A stretch of 63,783 nt of DNA, counting the filler, from Phoronis australis (taxonomy: Eukaryota; Animalia; Phoronida), in NCBI GenBank assembly GCA_002633005.1. It is 5 parts of 5 records of this genome, joined end to end, with 100 filler letters (N's around TTAATTAATTAA, not from the genome) between each part and the next. Parts side by side here need not be neighbours in the genome. Positions count along the whole stretch, not along the records: positions 1 to 19,341 come from NMRA01001446.1; 4 more parts are not named here. One strand, 5' to 3'. Position numbers and translations under genes: made by a program. Under the pieces are notes generated by a model that worked only from the letters and a program-made list of their open reading frames with translations, searched no databases and had not been told where the DNA came from. Shown piece by piece: positions 1 to 10,400 of this stretch (its first letter is position 1; each line of letters begins with the position of its first letter).

Positions 1-163
1 ACTCGATGACTAGAGCAGCCTGGCGGCATCCCTTTGATCGTGAGCCGAGTGCGACTCGGCCAAGGTGGATAAATACAGTCTAGTTCAATTTTCCATACCC
101 CGCCGTTTACCTTAACCACTGGGGTTAGAATCAATTTTATTTAGTGGGAATGTTCATAGCATG
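1..163. repeat. Interspersed repeat fragment, copy 1
   Basis: Near-identical to 15856-16013 in the same orientation (actcgatgactagagcagcctggcggcatccc...gggaatgttcatagcatg). Family not identified. Confidence 0.85.
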
Positions 164-410
164 TCATTCCAATACGGGCCAGATTCCAATACGGGTCGGA
201 GCATAGCTATACTGTTGCACAGTCAAAGCCGTCAAGTTTACAGGACTTTGAGAGAAACTCAGGTGTGCTGGAGCTACCTGGGGAATCTGTCATATATGGA
301 GGTCGTAACCCTGTGTTGACCCCTGACCTCGGTTACTGTTCCTGTAATGCATTAGTTCTGATCTTAATATAGCAGTTGAACATGTGACTCCGTCTCGTTT
401 ACATGCATAC

Positions 411-1926
411 TAGGCAATGACCATCGCCTCTGTTGGCCCGAACCGGAGGCGATGCTGCTATAGGCGCTCTGTACGCCCCGAAGCTTTTCGGCTAATTATG
501 CCTCGCACCGACTAAACCATCAAAGTCACGTTATAATAAATACCTTTTGCGCATAGAGTAACACGTTAGGAGGTTGTCGATGTGTTTAATTCCTTCCAAC
601 TCGAACAAATACTCCCGTTACCAAACTTTTTCTTCGAGCAGTCCCTATTTCAGTTCCCAAAATCGTGAAATCAACATTTTTATACTGCGCACGCTCCAAT
701 TTTTACCGCGCTCGCTAGGTGATGTGACTTCATGACCTCAATCTTTAAATGGGCCAAAGGTAAGCCATTGCGATCTTATCAGTAAAATGTTCGTTTCCAA
801 AATGCCACCACTTATACTTGTCTTTAATTGGCGTTACTTGAAACTGATTGTTACTGCAGACTGCAATGCTATGTTACGTTGTGTTATACCGATTTAGGCG
901 TACGAATACACTTGCCTCCCGCCATGTAAGAAAACTTTCTTCAGTGTAGTTCTTGCGCCAGATGTCGCTCTCTCTGACTATTTATTCTGGTACCGCTCTA
1001 TTTGAACGCCATTCCACAAACGTTTTATGGTGGATAAACGTCAATGTACATAATTTTCTTTCTTCGGAATTTGGTTGGACTTGGGGCGATATTGGCGTAC
1101 ATGTAAGTACTCATGTTTCTTACAATACAGTTTATTTGCCTTCATTAGAATGTTAGTTTTTCATGTTCTCTCAGGTGTACTTAATGTTTTGAACGCTTGT
1201 CATTAATGTATACCCTTTGCCAGTTATCATTTTACTTGGGCGTTGTCCTCCTAAATGTTACTGTATATACATGGTAGAGCCCTATGCAACATGTAAGCTT
1301 GAACATGTTTTTTTTGGTTCTTTCAGTTTACCTACTACTACTACTACTACTGCTATCACGCCTCTTACTACCGCAACATATTATGTCAATAAAGAGTAAA
1401 GCCCCCCGAACCTGTTTGTTTTGCTCCAACACTGATTGTATTTCAATGAATTATTGTTTGTATTTGATAAAAATAAATGCTGTTGATATGACATTTAATA
1501 GTCTTTGTGCACATATTTGACATTTCAATGTTTAACAACACGGCAAATTCACGGCTGGTTCCCGGCAGCACGTACGCAAAGGGCGGGAACTTCAGCTTTC
1601 AAAGTTCGCCGGTAGGACCGCAACTTCTGACCTTCGGCCTGGTTAAAAAAATGGAAAATGTTGATTTCACGATTTTGGGAACTGAAATAGGGACTACTCG
1701 AAGAAAGAGTTTCATAACGGGAGTATTTGTTCGAGTTGGATGGAATTAAACACATCGACAACCTCCTCAGGTGTTCCTCTATGCGCAAAAGGCATTTTTA
1801 ACAACGTGGCTTTGTTTGTTTAGTCGGTGCGAGGCATAATTCGCCGAAAAGCTTCCGGCGTACAGAGCGCCTATAGGAGCTGCATCGCCTCTGGTTCGGG
1901 CCAACAGAGGCGATGGTCATTGCCTA
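411..1926. mobile_element. Non-autonomous DNA transposon with ~270-bp TIRs and 9-bp TSD (AcademH-like or MULE-like)
   Basis: TIRs 411-~680 and ~1655-1926 (TAGGCAATGACCATCGCCTCTG... / ...CAGAGGCGATGGTCATTGCCTA). Perfect TSD CATGCATAC at 402-410 and 1927-1935. No transposase ORF inside. Confidence 0.9.
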
Positions 1927-1941
1927 CATGCATACGTTACA

Positions 1942-1956
1942 TGGTGTTAGGAGTGG
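1942..1956 (+). promoter_or_regulatory. tRNA primer-binding site (tRNA-Leu-like) of Gypsy element 1
   Basis: TGGTGTTAGGAGTGG directly after an ...ACA LTR end. Resembles the common TGGTGTCAGAAGTGG PBS of Gypsy elements. Confidence 0.7.
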
Positions 1957-1995
1957 TAACTCATATTTTGGTTTTCTGATGCGAACTCACCCCAA

Positions 1996-4900
1996 GTGGA
2001 AATGGATTTTAAGCCTCCAGGCGAGATATACATTCATCAGGGCAATGTGGCCGAAACGTGGTGGCTCTGGAGACGTTTTGTGAATTTTATGACTGCCAAA
2101 GAAGCAGACGAGAAAGACGACAAGATAAAGATTGCGATGTTGTTAACGTGCATCGGAGCCGAAGCGGTGGAACGCTACAACCAATTTGAGTATGCCGAAG
2201 GCGAGGACCCACAAAGCTACGATATCGTCATGGTGAAATTCGACACGCAGTCTCAGGTCTGAAACGCACGGTGTTTTCGAGATACCAAGTCTGGTCGTAT
2301 AAACGAGGTGAGCAGCAACAGTTTGACCAATATCTAGCTGTTCTGCAAAATTTACCAGCCCAGTGCGAGTTTGTCGAATGTGACAATATGATACGGGGCA
2401 AAATAGTGTTCTCGATTACTGAAAAACCCCTCAAAGAACGCCTGATACGTGGGGAAAATTTGACTTTGGGGAAGACAAAAGACCTCTGTAAAGCATTTGA
2501 GGTGACTCAAAATGAAATTCGCTCCATGTCGGTGAAGGGAAAAACTTCGTCTGATAAGCATGTTTTTGCTGTCGCTAAGCCGCGAGGACGGCATAAGAAA
2601 CCTACTGGAAAACCCCTGACGGCTAACCGCTCCTCCAGTTTTCATTGCACACGCTGCGGCGCCACACACGAGCGTTACAGGTGTCCAGCATACGACAAAA
2701 CACGTCGGAAATGCAACCAACAGAATCACTTTGCGAAATATTGACCTAACAAGCGCGTGGATACTATGCGTGAATCGGATGATTCATACGAGTTCTGGCT
2801 AGGCGCCATGTGTCTCCAGGTTGACACATGCCCGCGAGATAATAAGGATGTGGCGTCATGGTTCGTTCCGGTCTCGGTATGTGGTTCTTTGATCAAAATG
2901 AATTCAAAGTAGACACCGGAGATGAGGCAAACACCATACCACTACGTACGCGGAGAAAGATTACCAACACGCCGAATATTATGCAATCGTCTGCAGTGCT
3001 TCGCGCATACAATGGCAAAGTTGTCGACCAGGTAGGGAAAGCTGCTGTAAAATTGTCGATTGGCCAAAACAGTCACGCCACTGATGTTTATGTTACAACA
3101 GTGAAAACAGTTCCTATCCTAGGGTTTAGTGTATGCCTTAAGCTTGGGGTCATTAAGCCTGCACATAACGGGAACCAGATTGAGTTGGACGCAGTGTCGT
3201 CTCAGGTTCCGTTAACCCTCCAGAAACTTACAACAGAGTATGCGGACAATGTTAACGGACTAGGAAAATATGCTGACGAATACAAAATCCACCTAAATGA
3301 TGCGGAACCGGTGGTCCAACATCCACGCCGCATCGCTCCCACTCTGTTGAAGCCACTGAAGCAAAAACTGCTGGCTATGCAAAATCAAGGAATTATAACG
3401 CCAGTGGATGCACCCACCGACTGGGTGAGTAGTTTGGTCATTGCTGAGAAAAAGGATTGATCGTTACGTGTCTGTTTAGACCCCAAAGACCTAAACAAAC
3501 ACATAATGAGGGAGCAATTTCATATTCCCACTTTCGCTGACGTAATTACGCAACTCGGCGGCAAGAAATTTTTCACGATACCTGACCAGAAAGATAGTTA
3601 TTGGCAAGTGGTGCTAGACGAGCCGAGCTCGTCTTTGTGTACGTTTAACACACCTTTCGGTCGTTTCCGGGTTTTGCGAATGCCATTTGGAATAACCATT
3701 GCCAGTGAGATTTTGCAGAAACGAACGTACAAGACGTTCGGTGACATTGAGGGGGTTGATGTCATCTCGGACGATATGTTAATTGCTTCGGATTCCGAAC
3801 AGCAACATGATGACATATTACGGAAAGTGATGGAACGCGCCCGTCAATAAAACGTCAAAAGTTCAACAAGCGAAAAATCCAATTCAAATTTACGGAAGTG
3901 TCATATATGAGTCGCCGTGTCGGACTAGATGGTATACGTCGGGACGATAAGAAAATTAAAGCTATCGTGGCTATGCCAAATCCGGTGGATAAATCCGGAG
4001 TTCAACGATTGCTCGGAATGCTGAATTTCCTTGCACCGTTCATACCAAATATGTCGTTTCTGACCAGCCCGTTACGGAGTTTACTGAAAAAAGACGTCCC
4101 GAGGGAATTGCTTCCTGAACATGATGAAGCCATGAAGCACATTAAGCGTGTAATCAGTGACAGTCCGACTCTTCGTTTGTTTAACCCAAAACTACCGATC
4201 ACGTTGCAGGCCGATTCGTCGTCGACTGGACTAGGTGCGTGCCTCTTGCAAAATCGGCAACCAGTTGCGTTCGCGTCACGCGTTTTGACGGACACGATAC
4301 GCGCAAATTGAGCGAGAAATGCTGGCAATTGTGTTTGCAGCAGAACAATTTCATCAATTAATTTACGGACATGAAGTGGAGGTAGAGAGCGATCACAAGC
4401 CTCTGGAAGCAATTTTCCGGAAATCACTGCTTTGAGGCTTAAAAGCCGTCGCCTCGTCTACAACTCATGCTTTTGCGACCACTGAGGTATCAGCTGAAGG
4501 TGAAGTATGTACAGGGATCTAAAATGTACATAGCGGACACTTTGTCTCGCGCGTACCTTGGTAGTGCTGGTGCGGACAGTGGGTTTGACGTTTTACGCGT
4601 TCATACGGTTACGTCATCATTACCTGCATCGCCTGCAAAACTACAATGTCTACGCGAAGCATCAGCGCGCGACGGCACGTTTGCAAAGTTGCGTCAATTT
4701 ATACAAAGGGATGGCCAGCACACAGAGGAGACGTACCGATTGATTTACAGCCTTATTGGCCCATGCAAGATGAAATTCACGAAGAAGATGGTATATTCTT
4801 CGTGGGAAGCAAATTAATCGTTCCTCCAGCTGAGCGCCGTGAAATGTTGGAAAGACTACACGAGAGTCATCTCTGGATAGACAAGTGCAAGTCCCGCGCA

Positions 4901-5482
4901 CGTGACAGCCTATATTGGCCCAACATGAGTTAGGATATAGAGGACATGATTAACAGCTGTGCTACGTGTGCCACTTATAAGCGCAGCAACACCAAGGACC
5001 CGCTCATACCCCACAGCGTACCTGTACGGCCATGGTTGAAAATTTGTGCGGATATCTTTGATTTTGGAGGAAATGATTACTTGGTCGTTGTTGACTATTA
5101 CTCCAAATATCCTGAAGTTGCGCGCTTGCACGGTAAAACGGCACACAGTGTCATCAAGGCCATGAAACCTATTTTTGCCAGACATGCCATTCCGGACATA
5201 TACTAGTGTGCGACAACATGCCTTTCGCGAGTTACGCAATGCAAACGTTTGCTCGCGAGTGGAATTTTCAGATCGCGTCTAGCAGTCCTAGATACCCGCA
5301 GTCCAACGGACAGAGAGAGAAGTTTGTTGACACAATCAAAGCGTTACTCAGGAAGGCAAAACATGAAGAACAGGATCCGAATATTGCCCTCCTGGAGTAC
5401 CGTAACACACCGGTCACCGGTTTGCGCTATTCGCCAGCTCAGTTGTTAATGAGCCGGAGACGGAGGAACAAAATACCCACAA
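1996..5482 (+). pseudogene. Disrupted gag-pol of Gypsy element 1
   Basis: ORF fragments 1996-2262, 2271-2744, 2858-3460, 3506-3850, 3898-4311, 4467-4933, 4946-5206 and 5206-5511 together give gag, PR, RT, RH and IN across frameshifts and stops. Confidence 0.9.
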
Positions 5483-5671
5483 TGTTATACAGTGTATATT
5501 GCGTTGTTTAGCAGCGTTAAAGCACACAGAACACTTAAGAATAAAACGAGCACATTTTGGTACCCGAAGACGCACACTCAACGTTGCGTATGCGTACTTT
5601 AATCTTTGAATCTAAAATCGGGTTACAGGCAAATCGGAGAAATTAACTAATAAACTAATGAGGATATGACA
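5483..5671 (-). repeat. 3' LTR (189 bp) of Gypsy element 2
   Basis: TG...CA termini, immediately downstream of the polypurine tract that follows the integrase stop. Confidence 0.85.
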
Positions 5672-5727
5672 TCTTCCCCCGTTAAGAAGGTTCTAACTAC
5701 AGTCCTTTATAACTATAAATGTAAACA

Positions 5728-7272
5728 TCAACACACAAAGTCCTTGAGAAACTGGGGACTTTTCCGATTCTCTCTTGCAGGATAGCGTCTCTTGGATTGT
5801 GGACCTTCCTCAGTTTTTGGCACGGTTTGAGGCACAGTCTCCACGGTATGAGTTGGTGTCGGTTGTTTCATGGAGCTATCATCAGTAGGGAAAACTGGAC
5901 AAGGTAGGACTGGAGAAGATTCAGTAACCGGTGATTCGACAGGTTCCACATCACATTTGATAATCTGATCTATGTGACGTTTCCAAGATTGTCCGTCTAC
6001 ATCAACAGAGTAGTGTCTGTTTCCCACAGTTTCAGCAATCACTCCTTGTTTCCATTTTTCACCTTGACCGTAGTTTCGAACTTGAACATGGTCACCACGA
6101 TGGAATTGACGACAACCACGCTTGGCTGTACGCGCCATGATGTCTTCTTGGCCTTTTTCCACTTTGTCACGTACGGAAGGCATTGTCAAATCGAATCTTG
6201 TTCGAAGTCTTCTTCCCATCAGCAGCATTGACGGTGACTCTCCTGTAGTGGTATGCGGGGTTATTCGATAGTGCAGAAGCGACTTTGCAACAACATCCTC
6301 TACATCTTTTCCTGAAAGATGAGCTTGCTCGATAGCAGACTTCAGAATTTTCACAACTCTTTCGTCTTGGCCATTTGACGATGGTTTGCAAACTGCTGAT
6401 GTGCGACGGAGTATACCATTTCGTTGACAGAACAATGTAAAATCACTAGAGGTGAATTGAGGGCCATTGTCTGAGACAAGTACTTCAGGTAGCCCATGAC
6501 GACTGAAGATTTGACGTAGCACTCTGATGGTGGCTGTAGAAGTAGTCGTTGACATTTTAGCAACTTCTGGAAACTTCCTGTACGCGTCGACAACCACTAG
6601 GTAAGTAGTTCCCTTTATAGGACCAGCAAAGTCTATGTGGAGTCGTGACCATGGACGACTGGGATAATTCCACGAATGGATTTGGGCGTTTGGTGGTTCC
6701 GAACGCATCGTTTGGCACAGTGAACAAGTTGACACAGTTTGTTCTATATGAGAGTCCATGTTAGGCCACCATACAAATGATCGAGCTAACATTTTCATCG
6801 TTGTGATACCTGGGTGTGTCTCATGCAGTTCGTTAAGTACCGTCTTTTGTAGAGCAGCAGAAATGATGACTCGTGTACCCCACAATAAGCATCCTTGCTC
6901 AATCGACAATTCGTCTTTTCTACTTCTGAAAGGTACGATAGTAGGATCATCTATTACACCAGGCCAACCAGTCATAGTGTAACGGTAGACCCTTGACAGT
7001 ACAGGATCAACTGATGTGTGTTTCTTCACTTCTGTATGAGTCACACTGGTAGGAAGATCAGCATCAAAAAAGTAACAGTCGACGTTGTCACTTTTCGGCA
7101 TCCAGGTCTCGGCTAGCGGCAGTCTGGACATACTATCAGCATCAGCATGTGCCGTAGTTGAGCGGTATTTCAACTTATAATCATACGAAGCTAGTATAAA
7201 AGCCCAACGTTGAAGACGAGCAGCAGCTTGGACTGGAAATGGACGCGTTGCACCCAGCAGTTGAAGAAGCAC
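5728..7272 (-). CDS. Gypsy pol C-terminus (RNase H C-term plus integrase), open frame but 5'-truncated
   Basis: ARLQRWAFIL, HADADSMSRLP, HETHPG...CSLC (HHCC), PWSRLHIDFAGP, VSDNGPQF, SNGQDER. The first ~40 aa of the listed 555-aa ORF come from the inverted piece. Confidence 0.85.
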   Translation of the reverse strand: MLLQLLGATRPFPVQAAARLQRWAFILASYDYKLKYRSTTAHADADSMSRLPLAETWMPKSDNVDCYFFDADLPTSVTHTEVKKHTSVDPVLSRVYRYTMTGWPGVIDDPTIVPFRSRKDELSIEQGCLLWGTRVIISAALQKTVLNELHETHPGITTMKMLARSFVWWPNMDSHIEQTVSTCSLCQTMRSEPPNAQIHSWNYPSRPWSRLHIDFAGPIKGTTYLVVVDAYRKFPEVAKMSTTTSTATIRVLRQIFSRHGLPEVLVSDNGPQFTSSDFTLFCQRNGILRRTSAVCKPSSNGQDERVVKILKSAIEQAHLSGKDVEDVVAKSLLHYRITPHTTTGESPSMLLMGRRLRTRFDLTMPSVRDKVEKGQEDIMARTAKRGCRQFHRGDHVQVRNYGQGEKWKQGVIAETVGNRHYSVDVDGQSWKRHIDQIIKCDVEPVESPVTESSPVLPCPVFPTDDSSMKQPTPTHTVETVPQTVPKTEEGPQSKRRYPARENRKSPQFLKDFVC

Positions 7273-7485
7273 TTGTCGTGCGATGGGTCTTCTTATGGTG
7301 CTGGTGCTGTACTCTCGCACCGAATTGATGGCGAAGACCGCCCTGTAGCCTTTACGTCTTGTTATCTTACCAAGCCACAGAAAAATTATACTCAACTCGA
7401 CAAGGAAGCGTTCAGCATTGTTTTTGGATTAAAGCGGTTCCATCAGATTCTGTGTGGTCGTTCCTTCACTATCATTACTGATCAC

Positions 7486-10400
7486 GATGTTTTGAAATCG
7501 GGGTCAAAAAATTTTAGGCGGGAAAAATGTCTCAAAATGACGTCTTTCAACTTTGATCTTGCCGTGTGACCTCATTAATGATCCAATCAAACTCAAACTC
7601 AAACTTGGTAGGCCTTAGTTTCTCGGCATTCCTCGTCCATCTGGGAAAGAATTTTTGTAATTGGAAACAAAAATTTTTTCGACCCTCAAAAACCCCTGGC
7701 CCAGGTTTTTTTTGGTCGAAGACCTTTTTGTCTTCGATTTTAAAATTCTTTGTGCATCTAATAGCCCCCTCTACAAATCTTGGTGTCATACTTTTCTTTG
7801 CGTTAGTAAGGGCCCAGGAGTGCCCCAAACTCACATACCCCCTTCTAAATATCAGAAAAGTTGTGCCAAGATGAACTACGGTTTTTCAAAATCCTATGTT
7901 CATGACCAATAACCTGAAGACTACCAAACCGAGACATTTTCAAAGCAAGGTTACGGGCAAGTTTTCAAATGCTTCTTATTTATAGGTCGCTGTCTGCTGC
8001 GGGGTCAAGGTTTAAGGTCAACGTCACAGACTCACCCCCCCCCAATTTTCCAAATTTAGTCCTCTGCCGTGACCTTATCAGGGCTCACCAGAAGTGGCGA
8101 CTTACGTTTTTGGAGTCAGTAAGTAAAAGGCTATCCAACGAAAGAAGTTTTGAAATCGGGGTCAAAAAAAAATTTAGCCGGGANCGTGACCTTATCAGGG
8201 CTCACCAGAAGTGGCGACTTACGTTTTTGGAGTCAGTAAGTAAAAGGCTATCCAACGATGAAAGATGATTTGAAATCGGGGTCAAAAAAATTTTAGGCGG
8301 GAAAAAGGTCTCAAAATCACGTCTTTCAAATTTGATCTTGTCGTGTGACCTCGTTAATGCTCCAATCAAACTCAAACTTGGTAAGCCTTAGTTTCTCGGC
8401 ATTCCTCGTCCACCTGGGAAAGGATTTTTGTAATTGGAAACAAAAATTTTTTTGGCCCCCAAAAACCCCTGGAGTAATAGGCCTAAGTTTTTTTTGGTCG
8501 AAAACCTTTTTGTCTTCGATTTTAAAAATTCTTTGTGCATCTAATAGCCCCTTGTCTCCCCCCTCTACAAATGTAGGTATCATAGTTTTCTTGGCCTTAG
8601 TAAGGGCCCAGGAGTGCCCCAAACTCACATACCCCCTTCGCAATATCAGAAAAGCTGTGCCAAGATGAACTACGGTTTTTCGAAGTCATATGTTCATGAC
8701 CAATAACCTGAAGACTATCAAACCGAGACATTTTCAAAGCAAGGTTAAGAGCAAGTTTTCAAATGCGTCATATTTGTAGGTCCCTGTCTCCTGCGGTCAA
8801 GGTTTAAGGTCAACGTCACAGACTACCCCCCCCCCCAATTTTCCAAATTTAGTCCTCTGCCGTGACCTTATTAGGGCTCACCAGAAGTGGCGACTTACGT
8901 TTTTGGAGTCAGTAAGTAAAAGGCTATCCAACGAAAGAAGTTTTGAAATCGGGGTCAAAAAAAAATTTAGCCGGGAAAAAGGTCTCAAAATGACGTCATT
9001 CAACTTTCATCTTGCCGTGTGACCTCATTAATGATCCGTTCAAACTCAAACTGAAACTTGGTAGGCCTTAGTTTCTCGGCATTCCTCGTCCATCTGGGAA
9101 AGATTTTTTGTAATTGGAGACAACAAACTTTTCGGCCCCCAAAAACTCCTGGACTACAGGCCTAGTTTTTTTTGGTCGAAAATCTTTTTTTCTTCGATTT
9201 TAAAAATTCTTTGTGCACCTAATAGCCCATTGTCTCCCCGCTCTTCAAATGTAGGTATCACACTTTTCTTGGCCTAAGTAAGGGCCCAGGAGTGCCCCAA
9301 ACTCAGATACCCCCTTTGCATTATCAGAAAAGTTGTGCCAAGATGAATTACAGTTTTTCGAAGTCATAAGTTCATGACCAATAACCTGAAGACTACCAAA
9401 CCGAGACATTTTCAAAGCAAGGTTAAGGACAAGTTTTCAAATGCGTCTTATATGTAGGTCCCTGTCTCCTGCGGAGTCAAGGTTTAAGGTCAACGTCACT
9501 GACGACCCCCCAATTTTCCAAATTTAGTCCTCTGCCGTGACCTTATTAGGACTCACCAGAAGTGGCGACTTACGTTTTTGGAATCAGTAAGTAAAAGACT
9601 ATCCAACGATGAAAGAAGTTTTGAAATCGTGGTCAAAAAAATTTTAGGCGGGAAAAATGTCTCAAAATGACGTCTTTCAACTTTGATCTTGTCGTGTGAC
9701 CTCATTAATGATCCAATCAAACTCAAACTTGGTAGGCCTTAGTTTCTCGGCATTCCTCGTCCATCTGAGAAAGAATTTTTGTAATTGGAGACAAAAATTT
9801 TTTCGGCCCCCAAAAACCCCTGGACTATAGGCCTAGGTTTTTTTTGGTCGAAAACCTTTTTGTCTTCGATTTTAAAAATTCTTTGTGCATCTAATAGCCC
9901 CTTGTCTCCCCCCTCTACAAATGTAGGTATCATACTTTTCTTGGCCTTAGTAAGGGCCCAGGAGTGCCCCAAACTCACATACCCCCTTCACAATATCAGA
10001 AAAGTTGTGCCAAGATGAACTGCGGTTTTTCGAAGTCATATCTTCATGACCAATAACCTGAAGACTACCAAACCGAGACATTTTCAAAGCAAGGTTAAGG
10101 GCAAGTTTTCAAATGCGTCTTATTTGTAGGTCCCTGTCTCCTGCGGGGTCAAGGTTTAAGGTCAACGTCACAGACTCCCCCCAATTTTCCAACTTTAATC
10201 CTCTTCCGTGACCTTATTAGGGCTCACCAGAAGTGGCCACTTACTTTTTTGGAGTCAGTAAGTAAAAGGCTATCCAACGATGAAAGAAGTTTTAAAATCG
10301 GGGTCAAAAAATTTTTAGGCGGGAAAAAGTCTCAAAATGACGTCTTTCAACTTTGATCTTGCCGTGTGACCTCATTAATGATCCAATCGAACTCAAACTT

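Larger units (their letters stand above)
288..5482 (+). mobile_element. Degenerate Gypsy (Ty3/Metaviridae) LTR retrotransposon, 3'-truncated
   Basis: Putative 5' LTR TGTCATAT (288)...GTTACA (1941), interrupted by a DNA element, then PBS TGGTGTTAGGAGTGG at 1942. gag with CCHC-like knuckles (1996-2744), protease FKVDTG (~2905), RT (MPFG, ISDDMLI), RNase H (ADSSSTGLGACLLQ), integrase HHCC and DDE core (4850-5480). The order PR-RT-RH-IN is Gypsy. Many stops and frameshifts. LTR start is tentative. Confidence 0.92.
5483..7485 (-). mobile_element. 3' half of a second Gypsy LTR retrotransposon (RNase H, integrase, PPT, 3' LTR)
   Basis: 3' LTR 5483-5671 (TGTCATATC...GTATAACA on -). Polypurine tract CTTAACGGGGGAAGA 5672-5686 on -. 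Integrase ORF on -. The RNase H N-terminal segment ~7271-7485 is inverted. Confidence 0.92.

Noticed and set aside
8068-8300. ~120-bp internal duplication in the satellite
   Set aside because: It sits exactly at the single N (8184), so it is probably an assembly overlap.
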